From assembly GCF_026571515.1 (NCBI RefSeq), contig NW_026855269.1, positions 62,001 through 126,000 on the forward strand: a stretch of 64,000 bases of DNA, given 5' to 3'. The DNA comes from Ruditapes philippinarum. Lineage: Eukaryota. Below are positions 40,229 through 53,099 of the stretch, piece after piece (position 1 is the first letter of the stretch; each line of letters opens with the position of its first letter). A program made the position numbers and the translations under genes. The notes beneath the pieces were generated by a model. It worked only from the letters and a program-made list of their open reading frames with translations, made no database searches and was not told where the DNA came from.

Positions 40229-43200
40229 CGAGGGTTCAACGCGAAACTAGTCTATGTGCATTTTTTAAAAATGTTCAGGAGAAGGAAAAAACTTTCTCAA
40301 TTGTTACATTTTCAGAATTTTTCAATATAATATAGATATAGTATGTATTTAAGAGAACTTCAACCATACTTATTTCAGTTTTGATAATCTGTTCATTAAA
40401 AATGATGTTTTAGTAAGAAATGTCACATAGAATAGTTTCGCGCCAGAATATTGTCATATATGGCTTAAAGATTGAATGCAATACTATTCTATGTGATTTT
40501 ATGAAAAAAGCACACTAGTGCTTCAGGGTATGTTATAATAACAATATGTGATAGAAAAACAGTTTTTTAATGATCTTATGAAAAATTCACATAGACTAGT
40601 TTCGCTCTGAATTTTGTAAAAAAACTGACTAGAAATTAGTCCTTGCGAAACTAGTCCAAGTGATATTTAGGATTTAAATGTATGGCAATTAAATGTTTAT
40701 TTTATAATATTGATTAATGTTAATTAAACTCATACAGTGCAAACAATAGAAACATTGCTTATATTTTATATATTACTGTGTCATAGAAATCAGTATTAAT
40801 TACATGACTTGTTTTCACAAACTGCTGTGTATGAATAGTATCCTGTTTACCAGTCTTTGATGAATCTGTGCACCATAACATGTCATTCAGTTCATTCTTG
40901 ATGAATTTTGCCATATTGAATTTCTATCCAATGAGGGAACATAACTAATAAGAGTTTCCAAGTTGAAAAGGGGCATAACCACTAAAAAATTTGCTTACAG
41001 GATAATGTCATTGTCTTACATCTTTCTTTTGACATGATATGTAAGCAATCTAAGTTTCATATTGAAACCTTAGATGTTCTTTAAATCATTAAACTTAATA
41101 AACAATTATAATAAAAATTGTATTGTAAAAAAGGGGCATCTGACTCCAAAAATATAGCTTTTAGATTATATGAATGCCCCTTGTGTCACAATGGAATCTT
41201 ACATTGATAAGCAAATATTCAAAGTTTCAAACTTTTAAACGTTTTTGCGTTTTAGAGTGCAGTCAAGATTTTTCACATTCCCAACAATAACAAGACCGAC
41301 TCGGCCATTGGTACAGCTCGACATTTTTATCGAAACATATCGAAGAGCTAAAAATAGAAAGCAGTCAACCCACTGTGCCATTTAAAATTTCATTTTGATG
41401 CATACATTTAGGACTAGGCATAATTATCACAATGCAACAAATCATCTCTAGTGTTGGGGAGATGTAACCCAAATAATGTATTCCATCTGCTTTGGACTAG
41501 AGAAAGAAACAGAAACAAAAACATGCACATGTATGTAAACATTGATTTGCTATAATGATGTAAAAATTAATTCAGAAATGGAAAACTGCTCAAATATCAT
41601 TATTTTATGGATCTTGTCACTTAAGTTAATACCCCCCTCTCCTTGCAATATCAGAAACAAAATCACACCATTGACCTGACAGAAGCTCATTTCCATAACT
41701 ATGTCCGGCCCTTCCCGCATACAGGTGAAGAAGCCTAGACGTAAAGATGTATTATATCAAACGTTTTATAAGAAAGTTTCTTGGATATTTGTATACACGT
41801 TTGAGGGTTGTTCGGGAAGTTCTGAGAATTTTGTCATATCTCCTATATTTTTTGTTTCTAAGACGTAATATTTTGCACATACTAAGATTAGTAATCACGG
41901 AACTATTCCTAAAAATTGAATAGAATCAGCTTTCGGAAATAGCCGGAAATAGCAGTAACCATAGCAACACTATAACGCCGCACCGGAGCAGTCCGACTCT
42001 AAAGAAAGGTTTAACGCGCTACACTTATAATATTTCGTAATTTTGATGACGTAAAAAATGCACGAAAACGCTGGTCAGCAGCAGAACGTCATGACGTCAT
42101 TTCCTGAAAATATCATAACGTTATTTAAATTCTCAACTGATCAACATTGTTTTAAAGTTGTTGCCCAGAGCCACTGAGTAAACAACATGACGTCGATAGG
42201 TGACGTTGAATTGCGAAGCATCGTGAAATTTTGTGTTGCGCTGGAAAAGTCTTCCACAGAAACAATGAAAATGATCAATCCTACAGGAAAATACAAGAAA
42301 TGCAGTCCGGCTACAGTGTAGAGATGGCATGCTCGTTTTAAAGAAGGAAGAAACTCGACCGAAGACGATCCTAGATGCGGTCGGCAGTCTGTTGTTGCAT
42401 GTTCAATTAAGGACTCGTAAAAAGACATGATAAATTGCGACAGAAGAACGACAGTTAGAGCTATTGCAGATGAACTTTGCGTATCAATTTCTACTGTACA
42501 CGGAATGCTAATAAGTGGATCAGCCGAAACAGGAAATGCATCGAAATCGCAGGTGACTACGTTGAAAAGGTGCGACGATCAATGGACTTTAACGTCGCAT
42601 AACGTTGCAAATGACGTCGTCGTGCTCCGGGTGTTTGTTTTATGGTTATTTACTATTTTTATTATGTTTTAGTTTCTATGTGTATGATGATGATATTTTC
42701 AGATACTGTACAGTATATATTGAAATAAATGCGTATATATTTATATTTACACTTACCCGACTACAACGTGTGCTATAAAACAATTCTCAGAACTTCCCGA
42801 ACAACCCTCGTATTATTCAAACTGATATGATATGATAAGCATGTTAATATTAATGAAACTTATGTTCCGAAAGATAAAAATATTTCAAAGGCAAACTAGT
42901 GGCAAGAATTTATGTAAGCAATACACAATTAGGTTACTTGTTAACTGTGTTTTTCATGACAGTTTTATTTGAATTATATGTGTTAAAATTTTTAACTTTA
43001 CTTTAAGTTTTATATGTTTTTTTGTTGTTTTTTTTTTTGCGACCAAAAATTTCATTCATAAGTTAGATAATATTTGTATGTCACTCAATCCATATCTTCA
43101 ACATTCTGTCCAGTAAGTTGTTGGACTGTGAACAGAGTTCAAGAGGATGTCAGACTTCCTTACACTGACACAAAAGTGGAATATGGCTAAAATTGCACAC

Positions 43201-44081
43201 ATTTCTAGTCATTTCAAGATGAAAATTATCATCAATATAAATCAAAAGGCAATTTCAGTCAAGCATTGGATTTATTATGGAGGGGTTCTCAGACTTAGTG
43301 AAATTTCTGTGTGACATTTAATCTCAGATATTAAGTTTAATGTTCATTTTACTTTGTCTGCTTATATAGAAATCATGTAGGATGAGATTAGTAGTTGGTC
43401 ATTTGCAAAAAATAATGGTTATAATGGTTATTATTGTTCAGTTATTTAGGAAAGTAGGCTACTGGTATGACTGGACTGACTGACAGTCACGTTTTTGAAA
43501 AACACTGATAGCTAATGTACTTAAATAATTCAATTTGTTGCTTCCATAAATTCTTTACACTAGTTTGCAGTTTGCCTTTGGAAACTTTTTAGTTAAAATA
43601 AATCATGATTAAAGAAACATAATGCCTGAATTGAACAATTTTTTTAAAATTATTAAAAAATAGTTCCAACAGAATTTCAATGCAAGCCATTACCAACTAC
43701 AAAGTGTGATTTGGAATAATTGTTAAAGGTTGTTTTAATATTTTTAATGATCTGAACTAATTTAACTATTGAAATAATGCAATTGTATAGAAAAATTGAT
43801 ACAAATTTTTTCACATAGGCTACTTGACTTAAAAAGAGATGTTAATATTAATGCGAAACTAGCCTATGTGCACATTTTTTGCAGATAGACTAGTTTCGCA
43901 TTGAACACATATAGCCTTTTTAGATACAATAGTATGGCAAATATGTTTTGTGTCCTTAACTATGCACAGGAAAAGGAAGATTTTAACACATAATGTGAGG
44001 ACTATAAAGACTTTTCAGAATATGTAAAAAAGACATTTTATGATAAAATGTCAGATAGACTAGTTTCACGTTGACCCCTCG
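40229..44081. mobile_element. TIR DNA transposon with 4-bp TSD (Sola-like), middle layer of the nest
   Basis: TIRs cgagggttcaacgcgaaactagtctat / atagactagtttcacgttgacccctcg. TSD aagt at 40225-40228 and 44082-44085. The subterminal motif gcgaaactag recurs near both ends. Confidence 0.75.
41802..42810 (+). mobile_element. Internally deleted mariner element (inner layer) with transposase pseudogene
   Basis: TIRs gagggttgttcgggaagttctgagaatt / aattctcagaacttcccgaacaaccctcg-TA. From 42187: MTSIGDVELRSIVKFCVALEKS...V*RWHARFKEGRNSTEDDPRCGR...DRRTTVRAIADELCVSISTVH (Mos1-type HTH), joined out of frame to the C-terminal KWISRNRKCIEIAGDYVEK. The catalytic DDD domain is missing. Confidence 0.9.
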
Positions 44082-44164
44082 AAGTGTTGTATAGCTTTGA
44101 AAATTGTACATCTTATCTCTAATTAATGCTGTACAACTAAATCCTACCGTCTGTTGAGGCCTTT

Positions 44165-44522
44165 AGACAATGCAAGGTTACAATAATCTCTCGAAAACTG
44201 CAAGGTTACGATAATCTGTTTGATACTCCAAGTTTTCCATAATCTCTTATAAACAGCAAGTTTGCAATAATTTCTAAAAAAACTGCAAGGTTGTAATATT
44301 CTCTTAGAAACTGCAAGATCATAATGATTACTTACAACTTGCAAAGTTTCAATGATATGTTCGATACATCAAGTTTTCAATAATTTCTTAGAAATTGCAA
44401 TGTTGCCATGATCTATTACACACTTAAATTTTCAATAATCCCTTAATAATTTCTTAGAAACCGTAAATTTTCAATGATTTCTTAGGAACCGCAAGGTTAC
44501 AATTATCTCTTAATAACTGCAC
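44165..44522. repeat. About 28-30-bp degenerate minisatellite (left part at about 39490-39575), split by the transposon nest
   Basis: The unit tctcttagaaactgcaaggttacaataa repeats on both sides of the 39579-44161 insertion. Confidence 0.7.
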
Positions 44523-45110
44523 ACCAGTACTTCTACGTATATTGTCATAATGGTGTGGTGAAGTGGACACAGTGACTAAATATATTCTAGTATTAACTCA
44601 ATTTTATTGACTACCTTGTTTCGAAATTAATTTCATTTATCTTATGTTTTAAATCAGATTTTACCCATGTTCGGATGCAATCCTCGGAACAACTTTTCGG
44701 TCTTTTTGAGGCATTATTTCCCGTTTGTTTCAAGTACAGTCGGCATACAAGCTAACTCTCGCTCCTTGATCTAGATATCAATTGACTGATAAAACTTTTA
44801 TTCTTTTTAAGAAATAAAAACAAAGCAAAAATATATTTCATGCGATAAATCTTGCAATTTATAGCATGTTATCGTTTATGTCAATATCTAAACTTTTTGC
44901 ACCACATTTGTAAAATGAAGGAGATGACTTTTTCCATTTATTTCCCTGAATTAAAACAATATATTGCCTGCTTGTATGTCTGCTTTATAAAGATCTTCAG
45001 TCCCAAAAGCTGAATAATGTTTTATATTAGTTGTAAATTAACGTGAAATGTATCATAAAACAGTTGATAAGATGCGTTTATTCAACACTTTTTTCAAGAA
45101 AATGAACTAA

Positions 45111-47031
45111 TTAACCAACAATGTGTGAGGAATGACCGTTCCCATTAAAGTTATTGTAGTAGTGTCCGATCATCGTGAGAGTGGAAGAATTATTGTGCAA
45201 AAGACTGGCGGCAGGATTTATGAATCCACCACCAAATATTCGCTTAACTCTCGCCATAAACCAAGAATACCTGTAACAAAATGAAAGGTTCTTATTGTTT
45301 ACGTTATAAGATGAGATATTGAAAAAATATCAGAGGATATTCGTTTGTTTTGATGACAATTTGTATGACATCATGAATGATAACATCATTTTGATAATCG
45401 GCATTCGGTTCCAATTTTGAAAACGTCTGAATAGTTAAATGGAAAATCTATAGAATCTGACGTATGATGAAAAGAAGCTTCGTATCTTTTAAGTTTAAAT
45501 AGACTATATAGCTTTCATAGAAGAAAGTGTTTTCTTATATAATATTTTTAACTTGCTTTACTATCTTGAAATACCATAAACATTCTCATTACCTAATGAG
45601 ATATATTCCTAAACATGACAATATAAATATATGAGATATAAGGTTATCAGGGCTGTAATCATACATCTACTTGTTAGACCTTATTTAATATCAAAATTTA
45701 TCAATATAATTATCATCAGAGAACAAGTAAATATTTTTATGAAAGGATAGAAAAAGGCATCCGTGAAGAACTTCCAAATGGCATAATACTGAAGATGAGT
45801 TTGATTATGTTCATGGGCGAAACTGGACATTGAAGATACCGTCCGCGGTCCCTAGCACAGGTTAAAGCTTAATTTAACGTTCTTAATGAAATTTTAAAAT
45901 TCTGAATTTAGAAACATCTGCAGAAGTGTTTCACAAAACGCTTTTTTCATTCCATTACCAAAGGTTCTTGTATAAAGTTTTGCCATAAAACAAACTAAAT
46001 GATGTGAGCAACAGTGATATGTACGGTGCTATTGTCGATTGCTTCATTGTCACTGTACAAATTATGACAAACAAGATCATCAAGACTTAATTATTTTACC
46101 TTAGCACGTAAGGCGCCGCCTCAAGTTTTGGTAACAGATTTCTCATTAAATGTAGTTGTTGGTGTTCGTCTGAAGAGTTCGGGCAGGCAAACTCGGTGAG
46201 CCAAATTTTCTTGTTGTATCTATGATACAGCTTTTCCAAATACGACATGATGTGATTGGCATTACAGCTATACGCATGCGCAGCTACATAGTCAATACGA
46301 CAACCATTGCATACATGAAAGAACTCATCCAACCACTGAAAGTTATGATGTGCCGGGGCAGGACTTAGAATTGGTTTTCCATGAGAATGTTTTTCAATTT
46401 CTGGCCAAAGATCAGCTACTTGCTGGGCAGACATGTTTGTTTGGACGGCTTGGTCGGGTTCGTTCAAAACCATAACATACGGTGCGCTGCTTGAAATATT
46501 CATGTGTATTGCGCCATTCCATTTAGATTTCCAAATTGTTGGAATAAATTCAGGCATGTAATGAAAGGAGTGAGGACATGCCTGAGTCACAGTCTGGTGG
46601 TAAGTAGTGAGGTCGTTTTTATAGTCATACCTGGAAAATATCAAAGAAATATTACGTGGTCAGTCACGACCTTGATTCTTTTTATTGTGTTTTCAATATC
46701 TTAAATAACGACTTAACTGTAAAGAATCTACAGGTAAAGATGTAACAACGGAGATAAATATAATGATGTAGTGTGATAATATTAGTACTAGTCATATGCG
46801 TACTGAACCTTTAATGTGAAAGAAAATTAAAGGAATAAAATAAAAGAAAATAATATGCAAAATAAATATAAACTTTACCTACCACCAAGCGATATTATTG
46901 AGATTTTTAAAATCGTCACACAATAGTCCTGAAGCCCACCCAACGACACCTTTCTTTTTAGATGCAAATGCAAACCCTGCGTACAAAAATACGCTTAATG
47001 AACAAACTAGTAGAAACTTGTCACTGGTCAT
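45111..47031 (-). CDS. Secreted glycoside hydrolase family 128 (Glyco_hydro_cc / Asl1-like) putative beta-1,3-glucanase, copy 1 (279 aa). Exons 47031-46883, 46630-46100, 45270-45111
   Basis: Signal peptide, SKKKGV start, WW|YDY, acid/base LNEPD, IDYVAAHAY, nucleophile IWLTEF, and R|YSWF...LTMIGHYY. These are clan GH-A motifs of GH128. The spliced ORF is 840 nt with GT-AG introns. Confidence 0.9.
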
Positions 47032-48085
47032 TTCGTGCTTGTGTGTACTATACGTATCGGTGCACCAAATGATAGTCCGTAGGAAACTTTAACAAACCGA
47101 TAAGGCATGTCAAAAACGAACGCTTTGAGTGTTCGTTCGTTAGTTTAAGCGGTCAAATGCAATCGCAATTTCGTCAGATTTTAGCACGTATATAAATTAT
47201 GACAGCATAGACATGGAAAACATACACGAATAAAATGTCTTTACAGAAAATCATATTTTATGCTTAATAACCATTTACCATTATTTTTATCAATATATTC
47301 TAAAATATTAATTGCAACATATTTATTTATATCTACAACATTTACAATCAATTCTGAATTATTGCATTTATTTTTTTTTCATGTTTAAGGATATATTTCC
47401 CCACTTTTTGAATTAAAAATATCACAGAGTAGTATTTTCTGACACAACTTCGTTTAAAGTAGCTGTGCTAGTTGAAGGTCATCAGGATGTCATTTAAACC
47501 TAATTCATCAGTTTGACTTTTACACAAAAATTCACAATCGTAAGGTACGTTTTTTCATTAAATTTTATGCATTAAATTGTTTGCAATTTTTTCCTTTTTT
47601 TCAACATTTAAAGACATTCTAAGGTGAATATAGCACCTGGGAAACCACAAACAATATTGATGAAAATTTCATTTTGACATAATTCAAAGAATAATTTAAA
47701 GTTTGTTTTAAAAAATACACTCATGCTCACCACATTCCACAATATTATCATTTTATGGATACATAATAATAAAAGAAATCAGGTCATACTTTCTCGCTAT
47801 TTATTTGCTGGTTCATACGTTCAAGTGACAAGTTTCTCTTATATGGCCAATAAATATACAATGTACCCATCGCCATACACTCACATAACACGTGGCAGAT
47901 ACAAAAGTTTTAAACGAAGGCATTCTGTTACGGGATGCAACATGTTTATCAAATATTGATACAAACATGAACTTTCAGTTTTCTCTATTTTTTCCATACG
48001 TCATAAAATACATTTTAAAACAAAAACAATGAACATTCTTCCACTATTTCATCTTAATGAAATATCTTGGTCGATTAGGTAATAC

Positions 48086-48682
48086 CATTTTTGTATATTC
48101 ATCGATGTTTGCCCTTTTATTGAAACATTTTTCTGTCGAACCAACATGTCCAATTGATTAAATTCATCTCTTTGTACCATGTGTCTGTACATACACTTGT
48201 ACGGTTAAATCCTTGTTGATGTATTATGTATATATGGATTTTTGTATCGTTTTCGCTTATCATCTATTTCAGGCGCTATCCTGGCATGTATCTTTGAAAG
48301 AGTTTCTTTGCTCAGTTTATTTTCACTTTGCTCAGGTTCGGCATTATATTAGTTTTTCCGATTCATAATCTTAGTATACTCTGTGGCTTTTATTTTAATA
48401 GTTCCATTGATTTATCGTTTATTATATTTTTCGAGTTGCATTTTCACTTTCTGCATTTCCGCTTCTTACACTTTAAATCACCAGGAGACTTGTATGACTT
48501 TGATTTGGTCGCTGTCAGTACTTAGACGGGGCACACGTCTCCTTTGTAATTTTCCTTGACATTCTTTTTTTTTTACCTTTTGTTTTCTTTCATAGGTTTT
48601 TGGCTTTTTGGACATCTCAAATACATATCAGTTCTTCCAGTCGCAGGTTTGTCCCAGAAGCATTTTTATTCTTGTAAGCTAT
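48086..48682 (-). pseudogene. Pseudogene paralog of the 221-aa ORF at 27747-28412
   Basis: Colinear similarity (atattcatcgat, caacatgtccaa, ttttgtatcgttttcgct, cattttcactttctgc, cacacgtct, tttggacatct). The ATG has become ATA and there are indels. Confidence 0.8.
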
Positions 48683-49069
48683 AACAAATTATTACAGATT
48701 TTCATTCCGAAATGTTTTGAAGCTCTGTTTTCATGAATCCACAACACCTGTATCTAAAACAATATCTACTTTTAACCTGATTATAAGAATAAATAGAGAA
48801 AAACGTTAATGTGAAATCGGACCCTTTTTAATTTCCTTCTAAAGCTTTCACTATTTTTAATCAAATACTAATGTTACCATAATGTCTATTTCTGTTGTAA
48901 ATTCCTGAACCATTATAACGTACAAGGAGACCGTGAATTAATATCCGCTGTTTTTCAGGTTTAATTGCGTAGTTAATAGATCATTAAGAGATCATAAAAG
49001 ACCCGTGAAACCATGGCGATAGTGAGCGAGACATTTATTTCCAAGGTTTTATAATGGTTATCTATGAAT

Positions 49070-49451
49070 TGTATCATAGTTTGGAGACCTTTCTGTTGAA
49101 AATGTGTCAGGGTTAAATCGTATACATATACATGTACAGAACGTTAACTGGAGTGCGGGTATTAGTTACCCGCACTCCAGAGCATGCCCATTGATTGGCT
49201 CATTTTTGCTGGGGTTTACATATTGTGACGGCAGAGAAAGGGAAAGCGACAGAAATGTCATATCCAGATGTTCGTTCATTGGTTCATTTTTGCCGGGGTT
49301 TCATATTGTGATACAGGGAACGTGTTTTTATATTTGACTATGATACAAAAGAGAAAGAACACCAAAACACTCGGCAATCTGATTTATACTCGGGGGCTAC
49401 GCCCCCTCGTACAAATCAGATAGCCTCGTGTTTCGGTGCTCTTTCTATTAC
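49070..49451. mobile_element. About 380-bp insertion with a long terminal hairpin (non-autonomous element, possibly Crypton-like)
   Basis: Absent from the paralogous site at about 28793. Hairpin agaaagaacaccaaaacactcggcaatctgattt...aaatcagatagcctcgtgtttcggtgctctttct. Confidence 0.55.
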
Positions 49452-50129
49452 TAATTAAACATAATGACACAAATGTAATATTATTTTACTTCCAGGTATA
49501 AGATAATCTGCAAATCTTCGTAAGCATGTTGAAATATGCAAATGAAATATGAATTGAAAGTGTGTGTGACCTATAATTTAAAGCTGAGAGCATTTATTAT
49601 TTATCATAAAATTAATCAACCTTCCAAATGGCTCTGTAATTGTATAAGTATATATCAGAAACTATCGAATGCCTAATATTTAATTAAATAATGCTTGGAA
49701 ATTATTTGAAAACAACGCCACCTGTCTAGTCTTTGTTTTAAATTCTCAAATTCAAATGTTATCATTATTGCACTTTTTGTGCATCAAACTTGATATATAA
49801 TTAAATAATATTATATGAAAACAATGCCCTTGGTTTTTTCTTTTATTTTTAAGTTTGAATTTTTTTTTGTGTTTAATCATGGATTTGAAATTGCGATTTA
49901 ATTAAAAGGAAAAGGCAAATGCAATTTCAATGTGAGTAATAACTTTAGATTTAGATTGGATTCTACATTGAACAGATGCTAAGGTGAGTACATGGATCTT
50001 GATAAAAATGATACCTATTTTCTCTTATACCGTTAATACTTTTCAGACCAACAAGAGATTTCATACAGATATTATTTCTATCATTCCTTTGAATGAATAA
50101 GTGTAAGTAAACTGCCAAAATAGCTACTG

Positions 50130-50161
<32 letters not shown>

Positions 50162-50323
50162 ATTACAGCCTTTGTGTAAATACTTCATTTTATTAGTTTG
50201 ATATCAACAGATAATGTTTTTAAAAAATCACTGTCAAAAAAAGAACGTAATAAATGTTCAGATAAATAATTGATATGAATGTCTTATTATTATTCTTAAC
50301 ATTGTCTTTTTCATATTTCCAAG

Positions 50324-52671
50324 ATGTTATTATATTTGGTGAGTTTTGTCATAAGCAGTACATTCGCATATGTTCATGAATGTTCATGTGCCCCATTTGA
50401 TCCAGAGATAGATTACTGTGCTAGAACTTCAGGATTTGGTGCGTTAATACGTTATTTTTACACTGCATAGAAGTTAAAGTCTTATGTAAAGTATATAGCG
50501 TTAAACAATCTCATTAATTGAATAATTTTATAGTTATTTTACAAAATTATGTCAAAATATTCAAAGATTTTCATGCTTATACTCATACTATCGTTATTTT
50601 ATTACTGCCAACAATGCTTGATTATTTTAGCTGCTGTGTTTAAAATCAAAAGCAATGGTACTGTTGTCGGTATACAACTGGCCTATGATGTTGATATTCT
50701 GTACAAATATGTATTTAAGGTAATTATTATTTAGACACTTATGTTATAAGTGTTATAATATGATATTTTATTTATTCTAAAAATGATAATTAAACATTAT
50801 AGCTAGCGGCAAGTGTATTAATCGCAACTGTACCACTATTGATTTTATTGGATTGCAGTTCTGTTACAAATGTTGCCAATGTACTGGAGCATATCGGATA
50901 ATTGAGACGTGAGCATGCCTAATGTCAAATTATCTTTATTGTTACCACAAATGTTAATGAAATATATGATACACATGAAATAATGTCTAAATGAAACATT
51001 AATATCTATAAAGACACTAAGATGAACAAAATGTATGATGTCAACAATAACTGATGCGAGAAACAACAGGAACAAATCATGAAATATGATACTCTGGAAA
51101 TGTCAAAATACACATTTTTGTCGTTTCTAGTTAGTGATCTGGGAAAAAAGTTTTTCATAAGGTAACTGTAATATAAGAAAAAGTTGAGTATTTAATCAAA
51201 TGTATTTTAGATATACATTTTAAATCGCTTTTATATTATGGTCCAGGCTCCAAGTGGAAATGTGATTAGTGATAAACTGTATACATATGTGGACGTAGGT
51301 ATGTGTGGAGTTCGTTTAAGTCCGGATAGTTTCTATATCATCACAGGTAAGTCAATGACAAGTAAAAAGGTTTCCTGCGGGGAATAATATAAACTATTAT
51401 AAAGATATTTCATTTAACTATTTTCAACATTGTTTTGGGAGAGGGGAATAAATAAACGTTTGTATCAGGAATATAGTTGACAATAATCGATCAAAATAGA
51501 AGAAGGTCTTTGGAAACTGGTGACCGTTGATGACCGGAGATGGTCGAACATAAAACAATTACATGTATTTCTTTTTAAGAAAATGATTAAATAAGCCTAC
51601 CATTTTACGAATAATTCTAAGCAAAAAATAAAATAAAGTAAACACACAAGTTTACGCAGAAAATATCTCTATTTATTATGGCAGATGTCACTACGAATAT
51701 TTTAATTTTGTAGATTTTCAGTATAAATTTATTGTTTGTGAAATTTGAGATACAAAGATAATTTTCAAATACATCATTCAAGTTTTTCCACCTTAAACGG
51801 TAAAATAATTATAAAAATTAGAAATATCACGTAATAGTTTTTTGTTCTTAATTAGGTGTAATTCTGGCTAATTCCCTAGAGGTAATTCCGTAACGTACCG
51901 ACAAACGGTATTTAGCCAGGTTTTCAAAAAGGTCAATTAACCAATCGTGTACGGTTTACAAATCACATGCTCCTCCATGTACCGAAAACAGGTCACGTGC
52001 TCCTCCATGCCTCAAAAGTTAAACGCGTACCAATACCCTGCGGTCTCCAGACCGCAGGGAATAAGTATAATTGATTTAGGTTTTGTTGTTTATGTGGGGT
52101 ATTGTGATTGGAATTGTGCAAAAATTCAAATTGAAAATACATCTATGTGAATTTCATTTCATTTTCAGGAACGCGAAACTTTTATTGATTAGATTTTTTT
52201 ATATCATATATTCATAAAAAAGTATTTTAATAGTCGTAGGCAGGTAAAGGATATATGTTTTATAAAGGTCCTCGAATGAAGAATATTTCGTGTCATCACA
52301 TTCAATATATTATGTTGATATTACCAACCAAAATAATAATAATACCGCAATCCCTGTTATATCAATGGCTTCTCTCATAATGTACATTTATTTCTAGTTA
52401 TTCGTGAAACTGTTCTTTTATATTCCATTTTCAAGATCAAAGATTCGTACTATTTTCAACTAATTTCAATAAAATTTTTACATAAACTATCATTAACACA
52501 GTCGTTTTTTTTTTTTGCTTTACAGGCTCTTTTGAATTAAGACCTGACAAGCCTGCTATAATGTTAACATCGAATTGTAATACAATAGACTTCTTCAAAG
52601 AGAATCCTGTCGTAGATGGTGTCCCACCGCCGTGCGAGAGATCTGATAAACATGTTGAATTTACTGAATAA
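50324..52671 (+). CDS. Secreted single-domain TIMP/NTR-like protein, type B3 (149 aa). Exons 50324-50438, 50631-50719, 51247-51346, 52526-52671
   Basis: MLLYLVSFVISSTFAYVHE-CSCAPFDPEIDYCARTSGF|AAVFKIKSNG...|APSGNVISDKLYTYVDVGMCGVRLSPDSFYIITG|SFELRPDKPAIMLTSNCNTIDFFKENPVVDGVPPPCERSDKHVEFTE*. aataaa at 52690. Confidence 0.88.
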
Positions 52672-53099
52672 TCAGTTTAATTTCACTACAATAAATCGGA
52701 GGTAATTCTTTCTTCAATCAAATCTGTTGAGAAAATACAATTCACAAAGTGTTGTCATTTTTGTTATTTCAACAGTCCCCATTGCCTTTTTATTATTTAT
52801 TAGCCATGTTTTTCTAGGCATAGTGGATAAAGGTATAGTGATGTCCTTGTCTGTTGTCAGATAACCACAATAACAATCACCAAATATAATGCAAGGGCAT
52901 AAATATGGGTAGCATATAACCCCTTTGATAGCTATCTTTAGGAAAACGAATGCGATAAGTCAGAGTGTCACATTCCTTTGGAATAGTGCGCATCTCTGCA
53001 ATAATATTATCAAAAGCGGTATATACAGCGTATGTAACACAGGAATATTAAAATGCGTATGAGAAGAATTTATTGATTTGTGATTACACAATACTTGAA

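Larger units (their letters stand above)
39579..44161. mobile_element. Kolobok-like non-autonomous DNA transposon (outer layer of a nest)
   Basis: TIRs ggcctcaacagacggtaggattt / aaatcctaccgtctgttgaggcc. Flanked by ttaa on the left and ttta on the right. RR termini with a TTAA target are the Kolobok signature. Confidence 0.7.

Noticed and set aside
42187-42590. Functional or domesticated (SETMAR-like) transposase
   Set aside because: Two in-frame stops and deletion of the catalytic domain, with no SET exon nearby.
46504-47092. Plus-strand ORFs overlapping GH128 exons (also 56028-56234, 35536-35757, and 62442-63183 over the cGLR)
   Set aside because: Antisense shadows of real minus-strand exons.
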